NCBI GenBank assembly: GCA_963837715.1
Contig: CAWIOF010000004.1
Location: forward strand, 1,222,552 to 1,286,551
Origin: an uncultured Actinomycetes bacterium
Lineage (GTDB): Bacteria; Actinomycetota; Acidimicrobiia; IMCC26256; JANYLB01
Direction of reading: 5' to 3'
Length of the DNA: 64,000 nucleotides
A program made the position numbers and the translations under genes. The notes below the pieces were generated by a model, which was not told the origin of the DNA, searched no databases, and saw nothing but the letters and a program-made list of their open reading frames with translations. Position 1 is the first letter of the stretch. Every line of letters starts with the position of its first letter. This document shows positions 46,009 to 55,676 of the stretch, piece by piece.

Positions 46009-46542
46009 TCAGACGGAGGTTGCGGCGTCGGCTTGGTGGAACGTGACCGCCGGGGCCTTCGCATCGAGCTCGGGTCGGTCGGCGAGCACGAGGCGCTGTG
46101 CTTCCTCGCGGTCGGCGTCGGTGAACGCGCGGGTCGAGCGGCACCACTCGACGAGGATCCGGTTCGGGTCGAGGGTGTAGAGCGACGTGCACCAGCCGTG
46201 GTCGATCTCCACGACGTCGTGACCGGCTTCGAGCCATCGGCGCCGTCGCTCGTCGAGGTCGGCCACCTCGGGGGCGTCGAACGCGACGTGGTTGACCCAC
46301 GCCGGCAGGCCGAGGCCCGTGCTGATCGCCGGGTCGAAGTCGTTCGGCACCTCGGGGTCGTCGTGGAGGTCCCAGAACGCGATCATCCCATCGCCCGTGT
46401 CGTAGAAGACGTGCCGGGCCCAACCACCACCCGGGGTGGGTGCGGCCTCGACCTTGGCGAGCGTGAAGCCCATGACGTCGGTGTAGAACGCGTGGGTGGC
46501 CGGCAGGTCGCGGGTTGCGAGCGCAACGTGATGGAACGCCAT
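46009..46542 (-). CDS. VOC (glyoxalase/bleomycin-resistance/dioxygenase) family protein
   Basis: 177 aa. MAFHHVALATRDL...FYTDVMGF and a second beta-alpha-beta-beta-beta module with HVAF. Confidence 0.75.
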   Translation of the reverse strand: MAFHHVALATRDLPATHAFYTDVMGFTLAKVEAAPTPGGGWARHVFYDTGDGMIAFWDLHDDPEVPNDFDPAISTGLGLPAWVNHVAFDAPEVADLDERRRRWLEAGHDVVEIDHGWCTSLYTLDPNRILVEWCRSTRAFTDADREEAQRLVLADRPELDAKAPAVTFHQADAATSV

Positions 46543-46566
46543 GGCCGCAAGCGTACGCTCGGTCCC

Positions 46567-47197
46567 ATGACGGGTGCATCGGACGCGGCAGGAATCGACG
46601 AGGGTTCGGTCGCGGCCGACCCGTTCGACCAGTTCGCCGAGTGGTACGCGGCTGCGGTCGACGCAACCGACGATCGGGCCGCGGCCATGACCGTGGCGAC
46701 CGCCACCGCCGACGGAAGGCCCTCCGCCCGGGTGGTCCTCCTGCGGGGTGTCGACGCCCGGGGCTTCGTCTTCTACACGAACTACGAGTCGCGCAAGGCC
46801 GCCGACCTCGAGCAGAACCCACGCGGCCGCGTTGCTCTTCTACTGGCCGCAGCTCGACCGCCAGGTCCGGGTCGAAGGCGCGGTCGAGCCCGTCGATGCG
46901 GCCGAGTCCGACGCCTACTTCGCGGCGCGGCCCCGAGGTCACCGGATCGGCGCGTGGGCATCGCCGCAGAGCTGGCCGATCGCAAACCGCGCCGAGCTCG
47001 AGTCGCGGCTCGCCGCCGTGGAGGAGTCGTTCGCCGACGCAGGAGACGACGTGCCCCGACCGTCGTTCTGGGGTGGCTACCGGGTGGTCCCCGAGGTGTT
47101 CGAGTTCTGGGTGAACCGCACCGACCGGTTGCACGACCGCGTGCGCTACGTCGGCGACGCCGACGGCTCCTGGTCGCGCGACCGGCTCGCGCCCTGA
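46567..47197 (+). pseudogene. pdxH: pyridoxamine 5'-phosphate oxidase, frame-disrupted (or sequencing error)
   Basis: ATG 46567. [29 protein letters not shown] is in the frame of ORF 45856... . [23 protein letters not shown] and [14 protein letters not shown] are in ORF 46748..47197. There is an extra G at about 46825; length is 3n+1. Confidence 0.85.
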
Positions 47198-47958
47198 TCC
47201 CAGAGCACCTTCTCCGAGAGCGCGACGGTCACGACCAGGTACCCGAGCACCAGCATCCACACCAGGAGCGCGAACACGACCCCGATCGTGCCGTAGAGCG
47301 TCGACGATCGTTCGACCAGCGCGGGAACCGCGTAGCCGCCGACGAGCTTGAGGATCTCGAACCCGATCCCACCGATGACGGCCGCGGGGAGCATGCCGCG
47401 GATCGGGATGCGGCGGGCGGGAAGGATCCACGCGGTCCACAGGAACAGCAGCGTGTCGACTGCGAGGCCACCCACGATGCCGACGAGCACGAGTGTCCCG
47501 GAGCCGCTGACCAGTCCGGTGGCGCCGAAGCCGAGGACCGCGAGGACGCCGCCGCCGGCGAGCCAGCCCACGCCGACCAGCCGGCCACGCAGCGTCCCGC
47601 CGGGGATCCGCCACAGCTGGTTCCACGCATCGGTGATCGAGGCCGCCAGCCCGGTGCCGGTCCAGAGGAGGCCGACCACACCGATGATGCTCGACGCCAC
47701 CTTCGTCCGCTGCGCGGTTCGGGTCGCGTCGGTGATGACCTTCGCCGCGTCGCCGGTCAGCCCGAGGGAGTTCACGACGCGCTCGGCGAACGCGGTCGCG
47801 TCGCCGACGAACAGGCCGACGACCGCGATGCACAGGACGAGGATCGGGAAGAGCGCGAGGAAGGCACGCATGCTGATCGCGGCCGCGAGGTTGCCGGCGC
47901 GGTCGGCGCTGAAGCCCCGTTGGAAGTCGCGTGCGAGCGCGAGTCCCCGAGCTGCCAT
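47146..47958 (-). CDS. YihY/BrkB-family membrane protein
   Basis: 270 aa with six helices. [14 protein letters not shown] and [13 protein letters not shown] motifs. The 3' tail overlaps pdxH by 52 nt (convergent). Confidence 0.8.
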   Translation of the reverse strand: MAARGLALARDFQRGFSADRAGNLAAAISMRAFLALFPILVLCIAVVGLFVGDATAFAERVVNSLGLTGDAAKVITDATRTAQRTKVASSIIGVVGLLWTGTGLAASITDAWNQLWRIPGGTLRGRLVGVGWLAGGGVLAVLGFGATGLVSGSGTLVLVGIVGGLAVDTLLFLWTAWILPARRIPIRGMLPAAVIGGIGFEILKLVGGYAVPALVERSSTLYGTIGVVFALLVWMLVLGYLVVTVALSEKVLWDQGASRSRDQEPSASPT

Positions 47959-47961
47959 CGG

Positions 47962-48681
47962 TCAGCGCGGGCCGAGGCGGGCGAACCAGGCGAGCGTGCG
48001 CGTCCACGCGTCGGCCGCCGCGTCGGGTGCGTACGCCGGCCGGAGGTCGCAGAAGAACCCGTGTTCGGCGTCGGCGTACCGCACGATCTCGGTGTCGACG
48101 GGCGCTTCGACGAGCGCGGCGCGGAGTGCCTCGACGTCGTCGACGGGGATCGAGCCGTCCTGGTCGCCGAACAGGCCGAGCCACGGGGTCGTGAGCGTGG
48201 GGGCCGCTCCGACGAGGGCGGGGAACTGCGGGAACCGCGCCGTCACGATGCCACCGCCGTAGAAACCGACCGCGGCACCCAGCGTGCGGCGGGCCGCGAC
48301 GAGGAACGAGACGCGACCACCCATGCAGAACCCCACGATCCCCGAGCGGTGCACCGCGATCCCGTTGGCGGCGAGGTGCGCGAGCGCCGCATCGACGTCG
48401 GCGAGCATCATCTCGTCGGACAGCGCTGCCATCGCCGGGATCACGGCGGCGAAGTCGTCGTACGAGAAGGGCCCGGGTTCCTCGCTGCGGTGGAACAACT
48501 CCGGCGCGACGGCCAGGTACCCGTCGGTCGCGAGCCGGCGGGCCACGTCTTCCATGTGGGCGTTGAGCCCGAAAGCCTCCTGCACCACGACGATCCCGCC
48601 GCGGGGCGCTCCGTCGGGCGTGGCGCAGAACGCGCGCATCGGGCCGTCGGGGGTGCTGAGCTCGAGCATCTCGGTGGCCAC
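47962..48681 (-). CDS. dienelactone hydrolase family protein
   Basis: 239 aa. GIVVVQEAFGLN, nucleophile block GFCMGG, and C-terminal AEHGF. Confidence 0.85.
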   Translation of the reverse strand: MATEMLELSTPDGPMRAFCATPDGAPRGGIVVVQEAFGLNAHMEDVARRLATDGYLAVAPELFHRSEEPGPFSYDDFAAVIPAMAALSDEMMLADVDAALAHLAANGIAVHRSGIVGFCMGGRVSFLVAARRTLGAAVGFYGGGIVTARFPQFPALVGAAPTLTTPWLGLFGDQDGSIPVDDVEALRAALVEAPVDTEIVRYADAEHGFFCDLRPAYAPDAAADAWTRTLAWFARLGPR

Positions 48682-48730
48682 GAATCGCAGACTACGAGAC
48701 GGATCGGCTCCGGCCGACTAGAACGGGCCG

Positions 48731-49380
48731 GTGACGACCGGCGCCTGGGTGTTCCTCGTACTCGCCGGGTGTTTCGCGGTCGGCAACTGGGTCTCGCGGA
48801 TCCACCCGCCACCGCCCGGCTCGATCTCGCGGCTCGAGTACGTGTGCAAGCCCGGCGACGATGCTCGCGCTGATCGCGGTCGCGCTGCTCGTCGATCCCA
48901 CCCATCCCGACGAACGCTGCGTGGTTCGTGGCCGCCCTCGCGCTCTCGCTCGCGGGCGACATCTTCCTGATGCTCCCCGACGACCGGTTCGTCGCGGGCC
49001 TGGCCTCGTTCCTGCTCGCGCACGTGGCCTACGTGGTGGGACTGAACCTCCACACCGACGGCAACTGGTGGTGGGCGGTCCCGGTGATCGTCGTCGTCGG
49101 CATCCTGGGCGTGCGCCTCGTGCGCGGGATCCGACGCAGTGGCGAATCCGAACTGGTCGCGCCGGTGGTGGTCTACGTGCTGGTGATCGCGGCGATGGGG
49201 ATCAGCGCGCTCGCGAGCGGGAACCGCTGGGCCGCCGTGGGCGCGGTCCTGTTCATGGGTTCCGATGCGCTCATCGGCGAGACGCAGTTCGTGCGCCCGG
49301 CTGCGTGGGCGCCGGTCGCGATCATGGTCACCTACCACCTCGGTCAGGCCGGACTGGTGCTGTCACTGGTCTGGTCCTGA
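48731..49380 (+). pseudogene. YhhN-family lysoplasmalogenase-like membrane protein, two frame disruptions (or sequencing errors)
   Basis: Three consecutive frames (ORFs 48731.., 48861.., 48928..) together give a full YhhN protein (KP..MLALI, LAGDIFLM, FLLAHVAYV, MGSDALI). There is an extra G at 48854 and an extra T at 48918; length is 3n+2. Confidence 0.8.
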
Positions 49381-49414
49381 GCCGGGCCGGTTCGAGCGAG
49401 CAGAGGAACTGCGA

Positions 49415-49672
49415 ATGCGACGATCGATCGACGACGCCCGCGACGATCACCCCGCCGACGACGAGGAGCGCCCCGGCGCGTCGTGGGCAGTCGCCCTCGA
49501 AGACGCGTGCGAGGGCTGCGGCGACGGCGAGCTCCGGGTGGTGCTGACCCTCGAGGAGGTCGGTCGCCCGGGCCTCGGGGTGGTCGCGCACCTCGCACCC
49601 GACACCGCCCGCCGCCTCCGTGCCGCGCTCGCCGCCGCCCTCAAGGAAATCGGGCAACCACCCGGGGTCTAG
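49415..49672 (+). CDS. hypothetical small acidic protein
   Basis: ATG 49415 inside ORF 49265..49672, preceded by GAGGAA. High GC3; no recognisable motif. The stop overlaps the convergent ribB stop. Confidence 0.4.
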   Translation: MRRSIDDARDDHPADDEERPGASWAVALEDACEGCGDGELRVVLTLEEVGRPGLGVVAHLAPDTARRLRAALAAALKEIGQPPGV

Positions 49673-50320
49673 AGGAGGAGCGGGGCGGTGGCGGGGGTGG
49701 CGGGGTCGGAGATGCTCTGGCGGTAGGCCGCGACCTGCTCGACGGAGATCATCGCGATGCGGTGCTCCTGCGCGAAGAGCTCGAGGAACGGGCAGCCGAG
49801 CGGGCGAGCCGTCGTCGTGGAGCACCTCGCAGATGACGGCGATCGGCGGGAGGCCGGCGAGGCGGGCGAGGTCGACCGCCGCTTCGGTGTGACCGCGACG
49901 TTCGAGGACACCACCGGGCCGGGCCCGCAGCGGGAACACGTGACCGGGCCGAACCAGGTCGGAGGGGCGGGTCGACGGGTCGAGGATCGACCGGATCGTG
50001 GTGGCACGGTCGGCGGCGCCGATCCCGCTCCCCGCATCGAGGTGGTCGATCGTGACGCTGAAGGCGGTGTCGCACCCGGCCTGGCCGGGCGGGATCATCG
50101 GCGGGATCTCGAGCTCGTCGAGACGGGCCTGGTCGCAGGGCATGCACACCAGCCCCCGGGCCCAGCGCAGCATGAAGTTGATGGCCTCGGGCGTGACCCA
50201 GCTCGCGGCCATCGTGAGGTCACCCTCGTTCTCGCGGTCTTCGTCGTCGACGACGAGCACCATCTCGCCCCGGCGGATCCGTCGGAGTGCTTCGTCGATG
50301 TCGGCAAGGTTGACGCTCAT
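49669..50320 (-). pseudogene. ribB: 3,4-dihydroxy-2-butanone-4-phosphate synthase (RibB domain only), frame-disrupted (or sequencing error)
   Basis: ATG 50320 is preceded by AGGAGG. VVDDEDRENEGDL and RRGHTEAAVDLARLAG are in ORF 49328..50641. The tail FLELFAQEHRIAMISVEQVAAYR is in ORF 49669..50037. There is an extra base near 49789; length is 3n+1. Confidence 0.85.
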
Positions 50321-50354
50321 GCTGGTGGTTCCTCCTGATGGGAGCAGGTCGCGA

Positions 50355-51413
50355 TCATGGGCGCGCCACGGGGCCCGCGGCGGGGATGGTGACGACCATC
50401 CGGCAACCGTGGGGCTCGCGACGTTCGGGATGGATCTCGCCGCCGTGGAGCTCCACGATCCACTGGGCGATGGCGAGGCCGAGTCCGGCCCCACCGTCCT
50501 TGGTCGCCCGGGCGGAGTCGGAACGGTAGAACCGTTCGAACACCCGGGTGGCTTCGTCGTCGGGGATGCCCGGCCCGTCGTCGAGGACCTCGATGCGCAC
50601 CCCGCGGGGTCCGCGTCGGGCCCGGACTCGCACGGCGCCACCCTCGGGGGAGTGGCGCACCGCGTTCTCGAGCAGGTTCGCGACGACCTGGTGGACCCGC
50701 TCGGGGTCGCCGTCGGCCGCGAGGGAGTTCGGTTCGACCTGCACCGTCATCTCGACGTCGGGAGCGTGCAGCTTCGACTCACGGACCGCGTGGACGAGCA
50801 CGGGTTCGATCGCGAACTCCTGCCGGTCGAGAGGCACGGCCCCCGACTCGAGCCGCGAGAGGTCGAGGAGCTGGGTCACGAGCCGACCGAGCCGGACGAC
50901 CTGGGCGAGCATGGTGTCGAGCGTGTCGGGGTCGGCGGCCTCGACCCCGTCGACGAGGTTCTCGAGGCGGGCCTGCAGCGCGGTGATCGGAGTCCGCAGC
51001 TCGTGGCTCACGTTCGCGACCAGATCGCGGCGCATGCGGTCGGTGGCCTCGAGCTCGGCGGCCATCTGGTTGAACGACCGGGCGAGGGTTGCGACCTCGT
51101 CCTTCGACGTGACGTTCACGCGCTGCGAGTAGTCGCCCCGGGCCATCGCCTCGGTCGCGTCGGCCATCTCGGTGAGCGGCGTGGTGATGCCGTGGGCGAG
51201 GAACCGGACCATCGTGAGCGCGATGAGCCCGGCGATCACGCCGCTGATCGAGGGCCAGAAGCCGAAGTAGATCCCGGTGTAGAAGACGACGACCGTGACC
51301 GCGATCGCGACGACGACGAGCGCGCCGATGCGGAGCTTGATCGACGAGAACCGGTTCAGCGGCTGGATCAGGTCGTGGCGGCTGACGGTACGGACCCGGC
51401 TGAAGCGACTCAT
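50355..51413 (-). CDS. sensor histidine kinase (TM-HAMP-HisKA-HATPase)
   Basis: ATG 51413 overlaps the RR stop (ATGA). H-box VSHELRTP, N-box NLLENAVRHS, and G-boxes DDGPGI and GGAGLGLAIA. Confidence 0.9.
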   Translation of the reverse strand: MSRFSRVRTVSRHDLIQPLNRFSSIKLRIGALVVVAIAVTVVVFYTGIYFGFWPSISGVIAGLIALTMVRFLAHGITTPLTEMADATEAMARGDYSQRVNVTSKDEVATLARSFNQMAAELEATDRMRRDLVANVSHELRTPITALQARLENLVDGVEAADPDTLDTMLAQVVRLGRLVTQLLDLSRLESGAVPLDRQEFAIEPVLVHAVRESKLHAPDVEMTVQVEPNSLAADGDPERVHQVVANLLENAVRHSPEGGAVRVRARRGPRGVRIEVLDDGPGIPDDEATRVFERFYRSDSARATKDGGAGLGLAIAQWIVELHGGEIHPERREPHGCRMVVTIPAAGPVARP

Positions 51414-52171
51414 GCGGGCCCGATCCCCGAGAGGTCGTCGGCCTCGCCCTCGGCGATCGCGTAGCCGACCCCGTGGACGGTGCGGACGATGTCGGAACCG
51501 AGCTTGCGGCGCAGGGCGCGGATGTGCGAGTCGACGGTCCGCCCGCTCGACACCATCGGCTCGCCCCACACCTCGGCGAGCAGCTCCTCGCGGGTGCGGA
51601 CCGTGCCGGGTCGTGCCGCGAGGAACCGGAGCAGGTCGAACTCGGTCGGGGTGAGGTGGATGACGTCGTCGTTGCGGGTGACGACCCGGCGCGCCGGATC
51701 GATGGTCACGCCTCCGAGCTCCTGGACGTCGAGCGCACGGTCGCCGTCGAGCGGCGCGCCCTGTTCGATCTCGGCCCGGGCCCGATCGACCCGGCGCAGG
51801 ATCGCGTGCACCCGGGCGACGAGCTCGCGGGAGCTGAACGGCTTGGTGAGGTAGTCGTCGGCGCCGACGGTGAACCCGAGCACCAGGTCGGCTTCGGAGT
51901 CGCGGGCCGTGAGCATGAGCACCGGCACCGACCGATCGGCCTGGATCCGTTCGCAGACCTCGAGCCCGTCGAGGCCCGGGAGCATCAGGTCGAGCACGAC
52001 CAGGTCGGGCCGGATCCGGTGGCAGGCCTCCACCCCGGCGGGTCCGTCGCCGGCGATCTCGACCGCGAAGCCCTCGCTGCGGAGACGGGCCGCGACAGCC
52101 TGCGCGATCGACGCTTCGTCCTCGATGACGAGGACGGTCCGGGATGGCTTCACTGCAACGACTGCGACCAC
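51410..52171 (-). CDS. OmpR-family response regulator
   Basis: Receiver domain (VLVIEDE, DLVVLDLMLPGLDG, KPF) plus a winged-helix output (LTPTEFDLLRFLA, VRTVHGVGY). The start may be GTG 52153. Confidence 0.9.
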   Translation of the reverse strand: MVAVVAVKPSRTVLVIEDEASIAQAVAARLRSEGFAVEIAGDGPAGVEACHRIRPDLVVLDLMLPGLDGLEVCERIQADRSVPVLMLTARDSEADLVLGFTVGADDYLTKPFSSRELVARVHAILRRVDRARAEIEQGAPLDGDRALDVQELGGVTIDPARRVVTRNDDVIHLTPTEFDLLRFLAARPGTVRTREELLAEVWGEPMVSSGRTVDSHIRALRRKLGSDIVRTVHGVGYAIAEGEADDLSGIGPA

Positions 52172-52280
52172 ACCGTCAGGATACGGAAGGTGGTGTCACC
52201 GAGTCCCCCTCGGTACGTGGAGATCCTGTGCAGAAGCTGACTGGGCCCGGGGCCGGAACGGGTGGCGGGCCGCCGCCTGA

Positions 52281-52845
52281 TCAGGAGCTCCCGACCCAAT
52301 CGCCGGCGAGTTGGGTGGAAGGAGTGGTTTGCACCGTTCCGCCAGCCCGGAGCTCCACCACGGCCGGCACGGGATCCGGGTCGGAGAAGAGGGCGGCGTC
52401 GGAGTAGTCGGCGGTGCGCCCCGTGCCGTCGGTCACCCAGTAGCTGGCTTCGAGCGCGATCCCGTTGTTGTCGGAGAAGTACACCGAGCGGATGAAGCCG
52501 TGGTCGACGACGTCGGTGATCTCGCAGTCGGCCTCGAGGAGCCGCTTGCGCAGGGTCAGCAGGGCCTCTTCGTCGGGCAGGTTGAACGACAGGTGGTCGA
52601 ACTGGCCCGCGATCGGGTCGGGGATCCCGGCCGGCTTCTCGAAGTGCGGCGCGTCGGCCCACTCGAAGAAGGCGAGGGTGTTGCCGGGGCCGATCTCGAA
52701 GAAGTAGTGCCGCATCGGGCCCGGCCATCGTGGTCGCGACGAGCCGCATGCCGAGCACACCCTCGTAGAACCGGACGGTGGCGTCCATGTCGGCGGTGAC
52801 GAGCGCCAGGTGGTTGATGCCGCGCCAGTGGGGGACCTCGGTCAT
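52281..52845 (-). pseudogene. VOC-family (glyoxalase/dioxygenase) protein, frame-disrupted (or sequencing error)
   Basis: The N-terminus INHLALVTADMDATVRFYEGVLGM is in ORF 52150..52845. The remainder (RHYFFEIGPGNTLAFFEW, FDHLSF) is in ORF 52281..52760. There is an extra base near 52716; length is 3n+1. Confidence 0.8.
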
Positions 52846-52870
52846 CGGACTCTCCTCTCGGAACGTGGCC

Positions 52871-54555
52871 TCAGTCTAGGAACCGTCGCGCGCGGGCCCG
52901 GATTCCCGCGCGTTGCTTCCGATCTGCAGCGATCTGGTCGACGACCTTGAGGCCGGGGATCCCGGTGACGCCACCGCCACCGTGGGTCGCGGAGCTCGCC
53001 TGGTAGAGGTTGCGGATCGGGGTGCGGTAGTCGGCGTAGCCGGGGGCCGGGCGGAGGTGGAACAGCTGCGACGGTGTGAGCTCGCCGTGGAAGATGTTGC
53101 CGCCGATCAGGCCGTAGGTGTGCTCCATCGCGTGCGGTCCGATCACCTGGCGGTGCAGGATCGAGTCGGTGAAGCCCGGCGCGACCGCATCGACCGCGGC
53201 GATCACCCGGTCGGCGTAGACATCGAGGTCGGCGGTGTGCGGCTCCTCGTTCCACGTGTGCGGCACCCATTGCGTGAACATCGACACGACGTGCTTGCCC
53301 TCGGGCGCGAGGGTCGGGTCGAACACCGATGGGATGCAGATGTCGGCGAACGGCGCGGCGGCCGGCCGGCCCGCCACGGCATCCTGGAACGCGTGCTCGA
53401 CGTGGTCGAGCGACGGTGCGAGCACGATCGTGCCCCCGTGGACCTCGGGATCGAACCCGGGGCGCGCGGTGAACTCGGGCAGGCGGTCGACGGCGACGTT
53501 CACCTTCACCGTGCCGCTACGCGTCTTCCAGCGTTCGGATGTCGGCGACGAAGTCGTCGGGGAGCTGCGACGCGGGGAGCTGATCGAGGAAGGTGATCTT
53601 CGGGTGGGTCGTCGCGATCACGATGTCGCCGAGCACCTCCTCGCCGGTCGAGGTGACGACACCACGCGCCGCACCGTCGACGACGATGATCTGATCCACG
53701 TCGACGTCGGTGCGCACCGTGGCGCCGAACGATTCGGCTGCGTCGCGCAGCGCGCGCGTCACCGAGCCCATCCCGCCCTCGGGGAAGCCCCACGCGCCGA
53801 GCTCCCGATCTCCGTGTCCGGCGCTGCCACCGGTGTCGGCGCCGACGCTGTCGCCGATCTGGTGGTGGGCCATCACGTAGGCGGTCCCGGGTGAGCGCGG
53901 TCCGGCCCACGTGCCGATCACGCCGCTGACCGCGAGCACGCCGCGCATGGCGTCGGACTCGAAGGTGTCTTCGAGGAGGTCGGCGATGCTCATCGTGAAC
54001 AGGCGCGTCACGTCGGCGATGGCGCGGGGGCTCCACCGGCGGGCCGTCCAGCCGAGCCGGGCCTGGTCGAGCAGGTCGGCCGGACGGTGCGACCCGAGGT
54101 TCGGCGGGGTCTCGGTGAGCAGCGGGGCGAGGAGGGCTGCGACCTCGCCGAGCCACGCTTCCCAGCGGTCGTAGGCATCGGCGTCGCGGGCGGAGAACTG
54201 GGCGATCTGCTCCCGCCGACGGGCCGGGTCGCCGGGCAGCGCGAGCGCGCGACCGTCGGAGCGGGGCGCGAAGTACGGACCCTGGGGGTAGACGCGGTAG
54301 CCGTGCTTCGCGAGTTGGAGCTCGCGCTGGATCTGCGGAGGCATGAGGCTGACGACGTACGAGAGCGCGGTGACCTTGTACGTCGGGACCCCACGGCTGC
54401 TCGGTGATCGCGGCTCCGCCCACCGTGTCGCGACGTTCGAGCACGGTGACGCGTGCCCCTCGCTTCGCAAGGAGCCCTGCCGCCACGAGCCCGTTGTGGC
54501 CGCCTCCGATGACGACGACGTCGAGCGGCTCGGCCGTGCTCCCGGCCCGGGTCAC
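52871..54555 (-). pseudogene. CrtI/phytoene-desaturase-family FAD oxidoreductase, two frame disruptions (or sequencing errors)
   Basis: GTG 54555 (GTGA overlap with the upstream stop). The dinucleotide fold VVVIGGGHNGLVAAGLLAKRG is in ORF 53506..54918, the middle in ORF 53517..54470, and the C-terminus (KVNVAVDRLPEF) in ORF 52871..53509. There are extra bases near 54381 and 53527; length is 3n+2. Confidence 0.8.
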
Positions 54556-55676
54556 AGGGTGATGGCGGCGCCGGGCGACGGGAGGCCGAGCCGCTGCGCG
54601 AGGAGTTGGGTGACGATGTTGTTCGTCTCGAGGTCGGTGTCGGGCGGGAGTACCTCGAACTCGATCATCATCTGCGCGATCCGCATCATGACGACCGCGA
54701 AGCGGAAGCCGGCGAACACGCCGTAGTAGTCGGCCGCGTCGCCGCTGAGACCGGTCGCCTCCTCCCAGCGACGGATCGTGTCGGGGTAGGTCGGGAACCC
54801 CTCGAGTCGGTCGACGCTGATGCCCTCGGTCCAGTGGCGGTCGAGGAAGATCCACCAGGCGACGTCCTGCACCGGGTTCCCGAGGGTGACCATCTCCCAG
54901 TCGATCACCGACACGCACTCGAAGTCGCGGAAGATCTGGTTGCTGATGCGGGAGTCACCCCAACAGAGCCGCAGCGGTTCCGGTTCCGAGGGCCGGTTGG
55001 CCAGGAGCCAGTCCCATGCAGCCTCGGCGACGGGTTGCGGGCGCCCGCACGCAGCCCACTCGAAGTACCGCTCGTAGTACCCGAGCTGCTGGCCGAGACC
55101 CGCGGGCCCGAACTCCGTCTTGTCGACCAGTGCGGTGAGCCCGAGGCCGTCGAGGTCGTCGACGCGGTGCACCCGCGCCATCGCGTCGATGCCGCTGTTC
55201 CACAGCTGCGCGCGCTGCGCGGGTTGCGCGTCGACGAGGAACCCTTCCGTCGTGAACGGCGGACTGTCCGACGGGATCTCGCCGTGGACCCGCCGCATGA
55301 GGAAGAACGGCTCTCCGAGCACCGACGGATCCTCCTCGAGCCAGAACACCTCGGGGACGGGCACGTCGGTCTGCGCGCCGAGGATCCGCATCACGTGGTA
55401 CTGCAGCGCGACGTCGACCTCGGGGAACACCAGGTAGCCCGACGGCTTGATCCGGGCGACGAACTCGGTCGTGGTTGCGTCGCCGCCCTCGGTCCACGTC
55501 GCGTCGAAGAGGAGCGTGTCGTTGGAGAAGCCCGTCCCCGCCGGAGCCACCAGCGGACCGAGCGTCAGGTCGCGGGCATCGGGGACCTTGCCGGCCAGCC
55601 AGTCGGTGAGCGTCCGACGGGTCGCCTCCAGATCGCGCTGCGCGGGGATCGGCATCTCAGAGTGCTCCCATGTCAC
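54552..55676 (-). CDS. phosphotransferase (APH/choline-kinase-like) family protein
   Basis: 374 aa. The LCWGDSRISNQIF (HxDxxxxN-like with G-D) and VIDWEMV (DxD-type) catalytic region is typical of the ACAD-associated kinase-like family. Start is GTG 55676 or ATG 55655. Confidence 0.75.
   Translation of the reverse strand: MTWEHSEMPIPAQRDLEATRRTLTDWLAGKVPDARDLTLGPLVAPAGTGFSNDTLLFDATWTEGGDATTTEFVARIKPSGYLVFPEVDVALQYHVMRILGAQTDVPVPEVFWLEEDPSVLGEPFFLMRRVHGEIPSDSPPFTTEGFLVDAQPAQRAQLWNSGIDAMARVHRVDDLDGLGLTALVDKTEFGPAGLGQQLGYYERYFEWAACGRPQPVAEAAWDWLLANRPSEPEPLRLCWGDSRISNQIFRDFECVSVIDWEMVTLGNPVQDVAWWIFLDRHWTEGISVDRLEGFPTYPDTIRRWEEATGLSGDAADYYGVFAGFRFAVVMMRIAQMMIEFEVLPPDTDLETNNIVTQLLAQRLGLPSPGAAITL

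Noticed and set aside
47146-47197. 52-nt convergent overlap of pdxH and yihY, and 12-nt overlap at 26305-26316, as antisense regulation
   Set aside because: The overlapping parts are non-conserved C-terminal tails, which are easily produced by late stop codons in high-GC DNA. There is no supporting structure.
45281-48184. Very long ORFs such as 45281..48184 (-), 45856..48873 (+), 25943..28276 (-), 462..2396 (-), 20701..22956 (+) and 20621..22495 (-)
   Set aside because: These are Arg/Pro/Gly/Asp-rich translations lying antisense to, or out of frame with, genes that carry clear family motifs. This is the typical stop-codon-poor behaviour of about 70% GC DNA. No conserved motifs are present.
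50321-50354. FMN riboswitch upstream of ribB
   Set aside because: Only 34 nt separate ribB from the upstream kinase gene, which is far too short for the element (more than 100 nt), and no conserved FMN-box sequence is visible.
44306-54555. A contiguous carotenoid biosynthetic gene cluster
   Set aside because: The crtQ/crtO-like pair and the CrtI-family gene are separated by unrelated genes (pdxH, yihY, hydrolase, ribB, two-component system). No synthase gene is present.
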